A stretch of 63,314 bases of DNA, filler included, from Licmophora abbreviata (GCA_900291995.1; 18 parts of 18 records of this genome joined end to end with filler, not necessarily neighbours in it), one strand, 5' to 3'; shown: positions 31,395 through 42,957, counted from the whole stretch's first letter. Program-made: numbers and translations. The notes: generated from the letters alone by a model not told the origin.

Positions 31395-31488
31395 GGGCTG
31401 GGGTCCTCGGACGTGGTTGAATCGGTCTGGGCGCGGTTATGCACCAGAATTGTGCCGGGGTGTAGGGTGCGAATGGCCCTCTGCGCGC

Positions 31489-31532
31489 ACCGACACGATA
31501 CCGACGTGATACCGACGTGATACCGACGCGGA
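31489..31532. repeat. 11-bp tandem repeat, 4 copies
   Basis: ACCGACACGAT ACCGACGTGAT ACCGACGTGAT ACCGACGCGGA starting at 31489, 31500, 31511 and 31522. Confidence 0.85.
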
Positions 31533-31623
31533 TTTGTCGCCTTGCAAAAGCCCTGCGCCGGTCATAGGTTCCGGCGAAATTCGGCCGGGCCCTCGGGCCC
31601 TTGAAACAGAGGAAAAACCCCCG

Positions 31624-31905
31624 ATGGAAGCCATAGGACAGTTCATTCCGCTCATCCTGATCTTTGCGATCATGTATCTTTTGCTGATCCGTCCGCAGCA
31701 GAAAAAACTCAAAGAACACAGGGCGATGGTCGATGCCCTGCGCCGCGGCGACCAGGTGGTCACGCAAGGTGGGCTGATCGGCAAGGTGGCCAAGGTCAAG
31801 GATGGGGACGAGATCGAGCTTGATCTGTCCGATACGGTCCGGGTGCGGGTTGTCAAATCCACGATCGCGCAAGTGTTGAGCAAGACCGAACCCGCCGAAA
31901 GCTGA
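31624..31905 (+). CDS. yajC: Preprotein translocase subunit YajC
   Basis: LLIRPQQKK and GDQVVT.GG motifs; upstream of secD. Confidence 0.95.
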   Translation: MEAIGQFIPLILIFAIMYLLLIRPQQKKLKEHRAMVDALRRGDQVVTQGGLIGKVAKVKDGDEIELDLSDTVRVRVVKSTIAQVLSKTEPAES

Positions 31906-31945
31906 GCGTCAAGACCACCCTGCAACCTTCTGAAAAGGCGGGATA

Positions 31946-33982
31946 ATGCTGCAAATCGATCTGTGGAAACGCGCGGTGATATGGGCTCTGGTGGCCCTTG
32001 GTTTGCTGCTGGCCCTTCCCAATGCTTTCTACAGCAGGGTGGAGACGCATAACGACGCGGTCAAGGCGATCGAGGCCGGATCGCAGACCCCGCAACTTGT
32101 TGAAGATGCAGGGCTTTGGCCCGATTTTCTACCCTCTGGGCTGGTCAATCTCGGGCTTGACCTCAGAGGCGGCGCGCATCTGCTGGCTGAAGTGCAGGTG
32201 GCGGATGTCTACCAGTCGCGGATCGAAAGCATGTGGCCCGAAATCCGGGATCTGCTGCGCGAGGAGCGCGATCGCGTGGGGCCGATCCGGCTACAGCCGA
32301 CGCAGGCGGCCGAACTGCGGGTGCGTCTGATGGACCGGCCCGACGAGGTCGAGTATGCTGCGGGGCTGGTGCGAGGACTGGCGCGGCCGGTCACCAGCCT
32401 GACAGGTGCGGGGGCCTCGGATATCGAGGTCAGCACCGAGGGCGACGAGATCATCGTGCGCCTGAGCGAGGCGGAACAGCGTGCCACGGATGACAGGACC
32501 GTTCGCCAAGCTCTTGAAATCATTCGCCGCCGTATCGACGAAGTGGGCACGCGCGAGCCGACGATCCAGCGGCAGGGCGCGGACAGGATTCTCATCCAGG
32601 TGCCGGGAGTCGGGAGCGCTGCGGAACTCAAGGAGATCATCGGNNNNNNNNNNNNNNNNNNNNNNNNNNNNNNNNNNNNNNNNNNNNTTAATTAATTAAN
32701 NNNNNNNNNNNNNNNNNNNNNNNNNNNNNNNNNNNNNNNNNNNCCGACGATCCAGCGGCAGGGCGCGGACAGGATTCTCATCCAGGTGCCGGGAGTCGGG
32801 AGCGCTGCGGAACTCAAGGAGATCATCGGAACGACCGCGCAGTTGACCTTCCAGCCGGTGGTCAGCCGCACGCAGAACGCCGATGACAACCCGGGTGCAG
32901 GCAACGAAATCCTGCCCTCGATGGATCAGGAGGGGACGTTCTACATTCTTGAACGCGCCCCGGTGGTCACGGGTGATGAGCTGGTCGATGCCCAGCCTGA
33001 TTTCGATCAGAACGGCCGCCCTGCGGTGTCCTTCCGCTTCGATCCGACAGGGGCGCGGAAATTCGGCGACTACACTGCCGAGAATATCGGCAGCCCCTTT
33101 GCCATCGTGCTGGATGGCGAGGTCATCAGCGCGCCGGTCATCCAAAGCCATATTCCCGGTGGATCCGGCATCATCACCGGCAATTTCACGGTCGAGGAGA
33201 GCACCAGTCTTGCAGTGCTCCTGCGGGCCGGTGCCTTGCCGGCGGGGCTGGAATTTCTGGAAGAACGGACCATCGGTCCGGAACTGGGCGCAGACAGTAT
33301 CGAGGCGGGGCAGATCGCTTGTATCGTGGCCTTTGTCATGGTGCTTGTGTTCATGGTCATGGCCTATGGCACCTTCGGGATTTTTGCCAATATCGCGCTG
33401 ATTATCAACGTTGGCCTGATTTTCGGTCTTCTGAGCTTGATCGGTGCCACGCTGACGCTGCCAGGCATTGCCGGGATCGTGCTCACCATCGGTATGGCGG
33501 TCGATGCCAACGTGCTGGTGTTCGAGCGTATCCGCGAGGAAATGAAATCCGCCAAGGGCCCGGCACGGGCCATCGAACTGGGCTATGAAAAGGCGCTGAG
33601 TGCGATCACCGACGCCAACATCACAACCTTCATCACGGCGCTGATCCTTTATGCGATGGGGTCCGGTCCGGTGCGTGGGTTTGCCATCACGCTTGGCCTA
33701 GGGATCATCACCTCGGTCTTTACCGCGCTCTTCGTGACGCGTCTGATCGTGATCATCTGGTTCGAGCGACAAGCGCCCCAAATCGGTGCTGCAGGGCCGC
33801 ACCATAAGGTTTGTGCCGGAGATCACCAATTGGGATTTCTTCAAGCGCTGGCGTTTGTCGCTTGGCCTCTCGGCCGTGTTGATTGTGATCGCAGGGGGGT
33901 CTTTCCTGCTGCAGGGGCTCAACTACGGGATCGACTTCCGAGGGGGCACTACGATCCGCACCGAAGCACCACAACCTGTTGA
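31946..33982 (+). CDS. secD: Protein translocase SecD; spans a gap with a duplicated overlap; tail after ~33770 is out of frame
   Basis: LGLDLRGG, RRRIDE.G.REP, LRAGALPA, GMAVDANVL.FERIREE and AITDANITT motifs. Confidence 0.93.
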
Positions 33983-34766
33983 CATAGGCCTTTACCGGGA
34001 TGCGATTCAGCCTCTGCAACTGGGCGATGTGAGCATTACCGAAGTCTTTGATCCGACCTTCGCAGAGGATGAGAACGTGGCCATGATCCGCGTACAGGCG
34101 CAGGAGGGCGAGGAGGCCGTGTCCGCCAATGTCATCGCCCAGGTGGAGACGGCGCTACAGGCCGTCTCGCCGGATCTCAAATTCACGTCAGTGGAAAGCG
34201 TTGGCCCCAAGGTTTCGGGCGAGTTGATAACGACGGCCATGATCGCCGTCGCCCTCGCGATCGGAGCAGTGCTGATCTATATCTGGTTGCGGTTCGAATG
34301 GCAGTTCGCCCTTGGGGCGGTGATTGCGCTCGTGCATGACGTTGTGCTGACCATCGGTATCTTCTCCGAGCTACAGATCCAGTTCGATCTGGCGATCATC
34401 GCGGCGCTGCTGACCATCGTGGGCTATTCGCTGAACGACACGGTTGTGGTCTTCGACCGGGTGCGGGAAAACCTTCGGAAATACAAGAAAAAGCCCCTCG
34501 CAGAAGTGCTGAACATTTCGATCAACGAAACCCTGAGCCGCACGTTGATGACCTCGGTCACCACGCTTCTTGCGTTGATCGCCCTGTTCATTTTGGGTGG
34601 CGATGTGATCCGTGGTTTCGTCTTCGCGATGATCTGGGGCGTGATCGTGGGCACGTATTCGTCGGTTTTCGTCGCCAGCACGATGTTGCTCTGGCTGGGG
34701 GTCAAGCGCGATTGGTCCAAGCCGGACGCCAATCAGGGCAATCAGTTCGCCAACGTGGATGCCTGA
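33786..34766 (+). CDS. secF: Protein translocase SecF, probably the C-terminal half of a fused SecDF
   Basis: GIDFRGG, VGPKVS, RFEWQF, HDV and GYSLNDTVVVFDRVREN motifs. Confidence 0.93.
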   Translation: MLQGRTIRFVPEITNWDFFKRWRLSLGLSAVLIVIAGGSFLLQGLNYGIDFRGGTTIRTEAPQPVDIGLYRDAIQPLQLGDVSITEVFDPTFAEDENVAMIRVQAQEGEEAVSANVIAQVETALQAVSPDLKFTSVESVGPKVSGELITTAMIAVALAIGAVLIYIWLRFEWQFALGAVIALVHDVVLTIGIFSELQIQFDLAIIAALLTIVGYSLNDTVVVFDRVRENLRKYKKKPLAEVLNISINETLSRTLMTSVTTLLALIALFILGGDVIRGFVFAMIWGVIVGTYSSVFVASTMLLWLGVKRDWSKPDANQGNQFANVDA

Positions 34767-35511
34767 CGCGCTGGCCCAGGTCTGGGCCACGCCGGGCATC
34801 CTGTGGCTTGCGCTGACCATCGGGGCCGCAGGGCTTGTGCGCGGCTTCACCGGGTTCGGCACGGCGCTGATCTTTGTGCCGGTGGCGGGTATCTTTCTGC
34901 CGCCACCCACGGTGATTGGCGTCATTACCCTCACAGGCATCGCCAGCACCAGCGCATTGCTGCCCAAGGCCTGGGGGCAAGCCGACCGGCGCGAGGTGGG
35001 GGTTCTGGCGCTTGCGGCGCTGGTGACGGTGCCGGTGGGGCTATGGCTGCTGACGCGGCTTGATACATCCATGGTGCGCTGGATCGTGGCGATTGTCGCG
35101 GTCATCACCCTGACATCGCTGGTCTCGGGGTGGCGGTTTTCTGGCCGCATGTCCCGCCCCGGGCTGGCCGCAATCGGTGGCGTTGCCGGGGTGATCGGAG
35201 GGCTGACCGGTCTGACAGGCCCGGCGGTCATCCTGTTTTATCTGGCCGGTCAGGCTGCGGTGGCATCGGTCAGGGCCAATACCATCCTGTTTCTTGCGGC
35301 GCTGGATGTGGTGATCGTGGCCAATCTTCTTTGGCAAGACAGCATCGCCTGGTCCACCCTTGTTCTGGCTCTGGTGCTGGCGGTGCCCTATTTCATCACC
35401 ACGCTTATCGGGCAGTCGCTGTTTGACCCGCGCCACGAACGGCTTTACCGATGGGCCGCCTATGGGGTGATCGCGATCGCGGTCATCTCGGGATTGCCGA
35501 TCTGGAATTGA
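34759..35511 (+). CDS. Sulfite exporter TauE/SafE family membrane protein
   Basis: GLVRGFTGFG and GGLTGLTGP motifs, multiple TM helices. Confidence 0.85.
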   Translation: MPDALAQVWATPGILWLALTIGAAGLVRGFTGFGTALIFVPVAGIFLPPPTVIGVITLTGIASTSALLPKAWGQADRREVGVLALAALVTVPVGLWLLTRLDTSMVRWIVAIVAVITLTSLVSGWRFSGRMSRPGLAAIGGVAGVIGGLTGLTGPAVILFYLAGQAAVASVRANTILFLAALDVVIVANLLWQDSIAWSTLVLALVLAVPYFITTLIGQSLFDPRHERLYRWAAYGVIAIAVISGLPIWN

Positions 35512-35523
35512 GGGGGAACGCCC

Positions 35524-35877
35524 ATGCAGATGCACGAAGTCACCTTCAAGGATGCGACACCGATCGCCGGCTATGGACCGGGATTCTTTCGCGTCGGCGA
35601 TGATGTCCTGCAGGGCGCGGTGCTGGTCACGTCCAGCCGCGCGCAGGGCTGGGGCGGGTATGATGACGCCGCACCCCTTCTGGCCCTGGCGGGAGATGTC
35701 GATGTGCTCTTCATCGGCACCGGGGCCGAGACGGCCCATATGCCGCGCGACTTGCGCAGTACCCTGGAAGAGGCGGGGCTTGGCGTCGAGGTGATGCATT
35801 CCGCCGCCGCCTGCCGGACATATAATGTCCTGCTGTCCGAGGGGCGGCGTGTGGCCGCGGCTCTTTTGCCGGTCTGA
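35524..35877 (+). CDS. Mth938-like / NDUFAF3 family protein
   Basis: GYGPGFFRV, FIGTG and EVM.S.AACRTYNVLLSEGR.VAAAL motifs. Confidence 0.92.
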   Translation: MQMHEVTFKDATPIAGYGPGFFRVGDDVLQGAVLVTSSRAQGWGGYDDAAPLLALAGDVDVLFIGTGAETAHMPRDLRSTLEEAGLGVEVMHSAAACRTYNVLLSEGRRVAAALLPV

Positions 35878-35943
35878 ATTTTCCGGAGCGCGTTTGATGA
35901 AGGTCACTTTCCGTGGACCTTGCTTTGGGGTAGGGACAGGTTC

Positions 35944-36561
35944 ATGGGATTGAATGTGTCCGACCTCACGATCGCCCGCGGTGGCATAAAGGTGCTCGAA
36001 GGCGTGAGCTTCACGCTCCGTGCCGGTAGCGCCATTGTTTTGCGTGGCCCCAACGGGATCGGCAAGACGACGCTCTTGCGCACCGTGGCCGGGCTGCAGC
36101 CGCCCGTGGACGGGCGGATCGAGGCGGATCCCGAAAGCCTTGTCTATTCCGGGCATGCCGACGGGATAAAGGCCACGCTGACCGTTACCGAAAACCTGAC
36201 CTTCTGGGCGCAGGTGTTCGGGCAGGCAGATATTACCAACGCAATCAAGGCGTTCCAGCTGGAGCGACTGGCATCACGTCCCGCAGGCGCCCTGTCGGCG
36301 GGGCAGAAGCGCCGTCTGGGTCTGGCGCGGCTTCTGGTCACAGGTCGCCCGATCTGGGTGCTGGACGAGCCGACCGTGTCGCTGGATGTCGAGGCGGTGG
36401 GAATGTTCGCGACGGCGGTGCGCGCGCATCTGGCGACAGGGGGATCGGCGCTTATTGCCACGCATATCGATCTGGGCCTGCCTGAGGCCGAGCTGTTGGA
36501 TGCCGGACAGTTCCGCGCCCGAGCGGCGGCGTTGGATGATTTCGACGAGGCGTTTCTGTGA
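35944..36561 (+). CDS. ccmA: Heme ABC exporter ATP-binding protein
   Basis: [16 protein letters not shown] and WVLDEP motifs. Confidence 0.94.
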   Translation: MGLNVSDLTIARGGIKVLEGVSFTLRAGSAIVLRGPNGIGKTTLLRTVAGLQPPVDGRIEADPESLVYSGHADGIKATLTVTENLTFWAQVFGQADITNAIKAFQLERLASRPAGALSAGQKRRLGLARLLVTGRPIWVLDEPTVSLDVEAVGMFATAVRAHLATGGSALIATHIDLGLPEAELLDAGQFRARAAALDDFDEAFL

Positions 36562-37214
36562 TCGCGCTGCTGACAAGGGATTTGCGGCTGGCGATGCGGG
36601 CCGGGGGCGGCTTCGGGCTGGGACTGGCGTTTTTCCTGATCGTGGTGACGCTTGTGCCGTTCGGCGTTGGCCCGCAGAGCGAGTTGCTGGCGCGGATCGC
36701 GGCGGGGATCCTGTGGTTGGGGGCGTTGCTGTCATGCCTGCTTTCGCTGGACCGGATCTTCGCGCTGGATTGGGAGGATGGCAGCCTTGATCTGCTGGCC
36801 ACGTCCCCGCTGCCGATGGAGGCGATCGTCACCATCAAGGCTCTGGCGCATTGGCTGACCACGGGTCTGCCGCTTATCCTCGCGGCACCGCTTTTCGCGT
36901 TGCTTCTCAGTCTGCCCGAGGCGGGGTACAAGCCCTTGATATTATCCCTTTTTCTCGGCACGCCAGCGCTTAGCGTGATCGGCACGTTCGGCGCCGCGCT
37001 GACCGTAGGGCTGAAACGGGGCGGGCTTTTGTTGAGCCTTCTTGTCTTGCCGCTTTATGTCCCCACATTAATCTTCGGCGCCGAGATGGCGCGCCGGGGG
37101 GTTGAGGGGCTGGACATCATGACGCCACTTTTGATGCTGGCTGGCATCACCTGCGGCACCATCGCGCTTTTGCCTTTCGCCTCTGCTGCGGTATTGAAGG
37201 TCAACCTGCGCTGA
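36558..37214 (+). CDS. ccmB: Heme exporter membrane protein
   Basis: [16 protein letters not shown] and [11 protein letters not shown] motifs. Confidence 0.95.
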   Translation: MIALLTRDLRLAMRAGGGFGLGLAFFLIVVTLVPFGVGPQSELLARIAAGILWLGALLSCLLSLDRIFALDWEDGSLDLLATSPLPMEAIVTIKALAHWLTTGLPLILAAPLFALLLSLPEAGYKPLILSLFLGTPALSVIGTFGAALTVGLKRGGLLLSLLVLPLYVPTLIFGAEMARRGVEGLDIMTPLLMLAGITCGTIALLPFASAAVLKVNLR

Positions 37215-37230
37215 GCAAATGGGAACGGGA

Positions 37231-37968
37231 ATGAGCGGCAAATCACTTTGGGAATATGCAAATCCCAAGAAATTCATCCAGACGACGGATCGCGTCTTGC
37301 CATGGGTCGCGGTGCTGGCTGTGGTGTCTTTGGTGGGTGGTCTGATCTGGGGATTTTTCTTCACGCCGGATGATTTCCGGCAAGGCTCGACCGTAAAAAT
37401 CATTTATCTTCATGTGCCTAGCGCCCTTATGGCGATCAATGCGTGGTTGATGATGCTCGTGGCCTCGCTGATCTGGATCGTGCGGCGGCATCATGTCAGT
37501 GCCTTGGCGGCGCGGGCGGCGGCGCCGGTGGGGGCGGTGATGACGGTGATTGCGCTGGCCACGGGGGCGATCTGGGGCCAGCCGATGTGGGGCACATGGT
37601 GGGCGTGGGATCCGCGACTGACCAGCTTCCTCATCCTTTTTCTCTTTTATCTCGGGTACATAGCCCTTTGGGAAGCGATCGAGAATGACGACACGGCGGC
37701 GGATCTCACCTCGATCCTGTGTCTGGTGGGGTCGGTTTTCGCGCTTCTGAGCCGCTATGCGGTGAACTTCTGGAACCAGGGACTGCATCAGGGGGCCTCG
37801 TTGAGCCTCGACAAGGAAGAGAATGTGGCGGATGTTTTCTGGTATCCGCTGCTGGTCTGCATCGCCGGATTTGTGTTTCTTTTCATAGCCTTGGTCTTTC
37901 TTCGGACGCAGACGGAAATTCGTGCGCGGCGCACCCGCGCGCTGTTGGCGAGGGAGCGGATGGGATGA
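37231..37968 (+). CDS. ccmC: Heme exporter protein C
   Basis: YLHVP, WWD motif WGQPMWGTWWAWDPRLTS, LHQ. Confidence 0.95.
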   Translation: MSGKSLWEYANPKKFIQTTDRVLPWVAVLAVVSLVGGLIWGFFFTPDDFRQGSTVKIIYLHVPSALMAINAWLMMLVASLIWIVRRHHVSALAARAAAPVGAVMTVIALATGAIWGQPMWGTWWAWDPRLTSFLILFLFYLGYIALWEAIENDDTAADLTSILCLVGSVFALLSRYAVNFWNQGLHQGASLSLDKEENVADVFWYPLLVCIAGFVFLFIALVFLRTQTEIRARRTRALLARERMG

Positions 37969-38123
37969 TGCCGGATCTTGGGAAATACGCGGATGCGGTT
38001 TTGTCGTCCTATGCGGTGTCGATCGTCTTGCTGGCGGCAATTGTCTGGTTCAGCATCTGGCGCGCGCGCAAGGTGAAGAAACAGCTGGAAGAGATTGAAA
38101 CGAAAGCAAAAAACAATGGCTAA
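37965..38123 (+). CDS. ccmD: Heme exporter protein D
   Basis: MMPDLGKYA..VLSSY, single TM and charged tail; lies between ccmC and ccmG. Confidence 0.88.
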   Translation: MMPDLGKYADAVLSSYAVSIVLLAAIVWFSIWRARKVKKQLEEIETKAKNNG

Positions 38124-38769
38124 AGTATCGCCTTTGATGATCCTGCCACCGGTGCTGTTCGCCGGTCTGGCGGCGCTGTTCTTTTTCGGGATGCAGCGGG
38201 AAAATCCCGATGCGCTGCCCTCGGCGCTGGAGGGACGGCCCGCGCCCGCGGTCCAAGTGACACAGTTGGCGGATAAAAATCCGTTTAAAGACAGTGACTT
38301 GCGCAGTGGTGATGTGAAGCTGGTGAACTACTGGGCCAGCTGGTGCGCGCCGTGCCGGGTGGNNNNNNNNNNNNNNNNNNNNNNNNNNNNNNNNNNNNNN
38401 NNNNNNTTAATTAATTAANNNNNNNNNNNNNNNNNNNNNNNNNNNNNNNNNNNNNNNNNNNNGCCGTGCCGGGTGGAGCATCCGCATCTGGAGACTTTGG
38501 CGGATCAGGGGATCACGATTTACGGGGTCAATTACAAGGACAAGCCGGATAACGCCTTGAAATTCCTTGATGAATTGGGTGATCCGTATACGGCGCTCGG
38601 GGCCGATGCCAATGGGCGGATGGCGCTGGATTGGGGTCTTTACGGCGTGCCGGAAACCTATGTCATTGATGGCAAAGGACAAATCGTGCTGCGCTTTGCG
38701 GGGCCGATCACCGAGAAAGTGCTGGAAAGCACGATCCTGCCGGCCATCGAAGAGGCCCGGTCACGCTGA
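38116..38769 (+). CDS. ccmG: DsbE/CcmG thiol:disulfide oxidoreductase; spans a gap
   Basis: WASWCAPCRVEHP, GVNYKD and YGVPETY motifs. Confidence 0.93.
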
Positions 38770-38906
38770 CCGAGGTGTACGGTTTGTACGAAACCTACGC
38801 GGGTTTGGGACGACTATAGGGGCACACCCCCGGATTTGTGTCCATCCTGTACGCAAATGGCTTTTTCACCCCGACACGCGCGCCTTGTTCCCGACAGCCA
38901 GACATG

Positions 38907-38931
38907 AAAAAGGGCGGCCCGAAGGCCGCCC
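38907..38931 (-). terminator. Intrinsic terminator after acnA
   Basis: GGGCGGCC-CGAA-GGCCGCCC hairpin with an adjacent A5 run (U-tract on the minus strand). Confidence 0.75.
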
Positions 38932-38956
38932 CTGATCCCTGCGTCCGAGCCTGAAA

Positions 38957-40031
38957 TCAGGCGGCGGAGCGGGCGAGGTTGCGCAGCACGTAATGCAGCA
39001 CCCCGCCGTTTTCGACATATTCCTTTTCCACCGCCGTATCGATGCGCGACTTGAGCGTGATCTCTTTGGTCGTGCCGTCGCCATAGGTGATGGTGCAGGG
39101 CACTTCGGCCTGCGGTTTCATATCGCCTTCGAGGCCGGTGATGTCAAAGCTCTCGTCGCCCTTGAGGCCGAGGGACTTGCGGGTGTCGTCGCCGGTGAAT
39201 TCGAACGGGATGACGCCCATGCCGACGAGGTTCGAGCGGTGGATGCGCTCGTAGCTTTCGGCGATCACGGCCTTGACGCCCAGAAGGCTGGTGCCCTTGG
39301 CGGCCCAGTCGCGGCTGGAGCCTGCGCCGTATTGTTCGCCTGCGACGATGACCAGCGGCACGTCCTTGTCCTGCCACGCCATCGCGGCGTCGAAGATCGA
39401 GGTCTGTGCGCCGTCCGGGCCGAGCGTGTAGCCGCCTTCGACGCCGTCCAGCATCTCGTTGCGGATGCGGATATTGGCGAAGGTGCCGCGCATCATCACT
39501 TCGTGATTGCCGCGCCGCGAGCCGTAGGAGTTGAATTCGCGGACCGGCACCTGACGTTCGGTCAGGTATTCGCCCGCGGGGGTGGTGGGCTTGAAGGAGC
39601 CTGCGGGCGAGATGTGGTCGGTGGTGACCATGTCGCCCAGAAGCGCCAGCATCCGCGCGCCCTTGATGTCCGAGATGGTTCCGGCCTCTTTGGCCATGCC
39701 GCGGAAATAGGGCGGGTTCTGCACATAGGTGGATTGCGGGGGCCAGTCATAGGTCTCGCCCTCGGAGGTTTCGACCTCTTGCCACTTTTCGTCGCCCTTG
39801 AAAACGTCGGCATATTTCGACTGGAACGCTTCGCGGGTGACGGTGCGTTCGACCAGTTCGGCGATTTCGGCCTGTGTGGGCCAGATGTCTTTCATGTAGA
39901 CATCGTTGCCGTCCTTGTCGGTGCCGATGGGGTCGTTGACCAGATCGACATTCATGTCGCCCGCGATGGCATAGACCACCACCAGCGGCGGGGAGGCCAG
40001 ATAGTTGGCGCGCACATCGGGGGAAATGCGC

Positions 40032-40063
<32 letters not shown>

Positions 40064-41857
40064 CGTGGCGATCAGGTCATTGTCGTTGATCGCCTTGGAA
40101 ATCTCGTCCTGAAGGGGACCGGAATTGCCGATGCAGGTGGTGCAGCCATAGCCCACGAGGTTGAAGCCGATGGCGTCCAGATCCTCTTGCAGGCCGGCGG
40201 CTTCGAGGTAGTGCGAGACCACCTGACTGCCGGGGGCGAGCGATGTCTTGACCCAAGGCTTGCGATCAAGGCCGAGGGCACGCGCCTTGCGGGCGACAAG
40301 CCCGGCGCCGATCATCACGTAGGGGTTCGAGGTGTTGGTGCAGGAGGTGATCGAGGCGATCACAACCGAGCCATCGCGCAGGGTGTAGTCCTGTCCGGCG
40401 ACATCAACCGTCTTGCGCGGGTCGATCAGAGCGTCGGGGGCGGGGCCTTCGCTGGCCATGGCGGTGGCGGCGGCGGTTTCATCCTCGCCCCGGTATTCGG
40501 CGACCACGTCGAAGAATTTCGTGGCTGCCTGATCGAGCGAGACGTAATCCTGCGGGCGCTTGGGGCCGGAGATGGCCGGAACGATGGTGCCCATGTCGAG
40601 GCTGAGCGTGTCGGTATAGACCGGCGCATAGGACGCGTCGCGCCAGAAGCCGTTTTCCTTGGCATAGGCTTCGACCAGCGCCACGCGGTCTTCGTCGCGG
40701 CCGGTGTTGCGCAGGTAGCGCAGGGTTTCGTCGTCAATCGGGAAGAAGCCGCAGGTGGCGCCGTATTCGGGGGCCATGTTGGCGATGGTCGCCCGATCCG
40801 CCAGCGGCAGGTTATCAAGGCCGGTGCCGTAGAATTCGACGAATTTGCCCACGACGCCCTTGGCGCGCAGCAGTTCGACCACCTTGAGCACCAGATCGGT
40901 GCCGGTGGTGCCTTCCATCATGGCGCCGGTCAGCTCGAAGCCGACAACCTCGGGGATGAGCATGGAGATCGGCTGACCGAGCATCGCGGCCTCGGCCTCG
41001 ATCCCGCCGACGCCCCAGCCCAGAACGGCGGCGCCGTTGACCATGGTGGTGTGGCTGTCGGTGCCGACAAGCGTGTCGGGATAGGCGACTTCCTCGCCGT
41101 TCTGGTCGGTGTCGGTCCAGACGGTCTGGGCGAGGTATTCGAGGTTCACCTGATGGCAGATGCCGGTGCCGGGGGGCACGACGCGGAAATTGTCGAACGC
41201 GCCCTGACCCCATTTGAGGAACTGGTAGCGTTCCATGTTGCGTTCGTATTCGCGGTCCACGTTCATCTGGAAGGCGCGGGGATTGCCGAATTCGTCGATC
41301 ATCACCGAGTGGTCGATCACCAGATCGACGGGGTTCAGCGGGTTGATCTGCTGGGGATCGCCGCCGAGCGCCTTGATCCCGTCACGCATCGCGGCGAGGT
41401 CCACGACGGCGGGAACGCCGGTGAAATCCTGCATCAGCACGCGGGCCGGGCGGTAGGCCAGTTCGCGGTTGCCCTTGCCGCCATTGTCGGCCCAGTCCGA
41501 GAAGGCCTTGATATCGTCGGTCGAGACGGTCTTGCCATCCTCGAAGCGCAGCATGTTTNNNNNNNNNNNNNNNNNNNNNNNNNNNNNNNNNNNNNNNNNN
41601 NNTTAATTAATTAANNNNNNNNNNNNNNNNNNNNNNNNNNNNNNNNNNNNNNNNNNNNTATCGTCGGTCGAGACGGTCTTGCCATCCTCGAAGCGCAGCA
41701 TGTTTTCGAGCACCACGCGCAGCGACGCGGGCAGGCGGGAGAAATCGCCAAGGCCGGCGGCTTCGGCCGCCTTGATGGAATAATAGGCATAAGACTTGCC
41801 GTTCACGCGGAGTGTCTGGCGTGTTTTGGCGGTGTCGTGTCCGACGGTGATGGGCAT
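38957..41857 (-). CDS. acnA: Aconitate hydratase A; spans a gap with a duplicated overlap
   Basis: QDFTGVP, IDHSV, DSHTTM, SCTNTSNP, GCTTCIGNSG, TTDHISPAG and GSSRDWAAKG motifs. Confidence 0.97.
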
Positions 41858-42080
41858 TTGGCCTTCCTTTCACTCTCAAGGCAGGAATTCGCTGGCTCGC
41901 TTCTGACCCATTTGCAAAGAGCGATCAAGGGGTCTGGAGTAATTTGTATACTGTTGTGCACAAAAAAATGCGAAAGTCACGCTTCACTTGTGTCTCTCGA
42001 AACCTTGATTGGTCATTACAGGTTGGACTAGGTACAGGTGATCCGCGATATCCCGCCAACAGCACTTGGATTCCCCCCCC

Positions 42081-42791
42081 ATGATCCGATCCGTTTTGAG
42101 CCTGTTCCTGATCGCCCTGACGATTTTTGCCGCGCCTGCTGCGCAAGCGGGCGAGGAGCGGCGCGTGGTCGTTGAGCTGTTCACCTCGCAGGGCTGTTCG
42201 GCCTGTCCGCCGGCGGATGAGCTGATGCGGGAACTGGCCAAGCGCGGCGATGTGGTGGCCTTGGCGCTGCATGTGGATTACTGGGATTACATCGGCTGGA
42301 AGGACAGTTTCGCAAATCCGGCCTTCACCGCGCGGCAGAAAGCCTATGCCAAGGCGCAGGGCAATCCGATGGTCTATACGCCGCAGATGATCGTGGGCGG
42401 GCGCGATCAGGTCATGGGCACCAAGGAAATGAAGGTGGTCGATCTGATTGCCGCGCATCGCGCCGTGCCTGCAAGGGTGGTGCTGGTCGCGACGCGCGAG
42501 GCGGGCATGCTGCGGATTTCGGCGCAGGCGCCCGATACATCGCTCGAGGGGCCGCTTGTGGTGCATGTGGTGCGCTATCGCCCCAAGGATGTGGTCGAGG
42601 TGCGTCGTGGCGAGAATGCGGGAAAGATGCTGGAATATTCCAATATCGTGACCGACTGGCAGGTGGCCGGAGAATGGAACCCTGCCGAGCGTCTGGCGAT
42701 GCAGATGCCGGTCGAGGGCGATGCTCCGGTCGTCGTCATGGTGCAGCGCGGAGGGCAGGGCCCGATCCTTGCGGTGGCCGAGTTGAAGTGA
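42081..42791 (+). CDS. DUF1223 secreted thioredoxin-like protein
   Basis: Signal peptide; VELFTSQGCSACPPAD, HVDYWDYIGWKD and YTPQ motifs. Confidence 0.9.
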   Translation: MIRSVLSLFLIALTIFAAPAAQAGEERRVVVELFTSQGCSACPPADELMRELAKRGDVVALALHVDYWDYIGWKDSFANPAFTARQKAYAKAQGNPMVYTPQMIVGGRDQVMGTKEMKVVDLIAAHRAVPARVVLVATREAGMLRISAQAPDTSLEGPLVVHVVRYRPKDVVEVRRGENAGKMLEYSNIVTDWQVAGEWNPAERLAMQMPVEGDAPVVVMVQRGGQGPILAVAELK

Positions 42792-42957
42792 CGCGCGCCG
42801 TGCCGAGATAACGCCTTGCACAGGGCAAATCATTGCGGCACGGATGCCCTGAGCGCAGATGAGCGGAAGACTGTTGTTCACGGCCCCTTTTCTCGGACGC
42901 CACACAGGTTATATTGCGGGGTCACGGGATGCCACGTCAGAAACCGCAAAGAAGATC

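Noticed and set aside
31489..31532. Tandem repeat considered as a mini-CRISPR
   Set aside because: Units are 11 bp and contiguous, with no spacers and no cas genes in the window.
32557..32829. About 87-bp direct repeat in secD (similar ones at 4910/5035, 38349/38463, 41512/41659, 61541/61651)
   Set aside because: Each pair flanks a spacer. These are unmerged contig-end overlaps, not duplications or att sites.
38993..41614. Very long antisense ORFs (873 aa opposite acnA; also 24811-26880, 48982-50775, 53371-54765, 57902-58996)
   Set aside because: Shadow frames expected from high-GC codon bias opposite well-conserved genes; no recognisable motifs.
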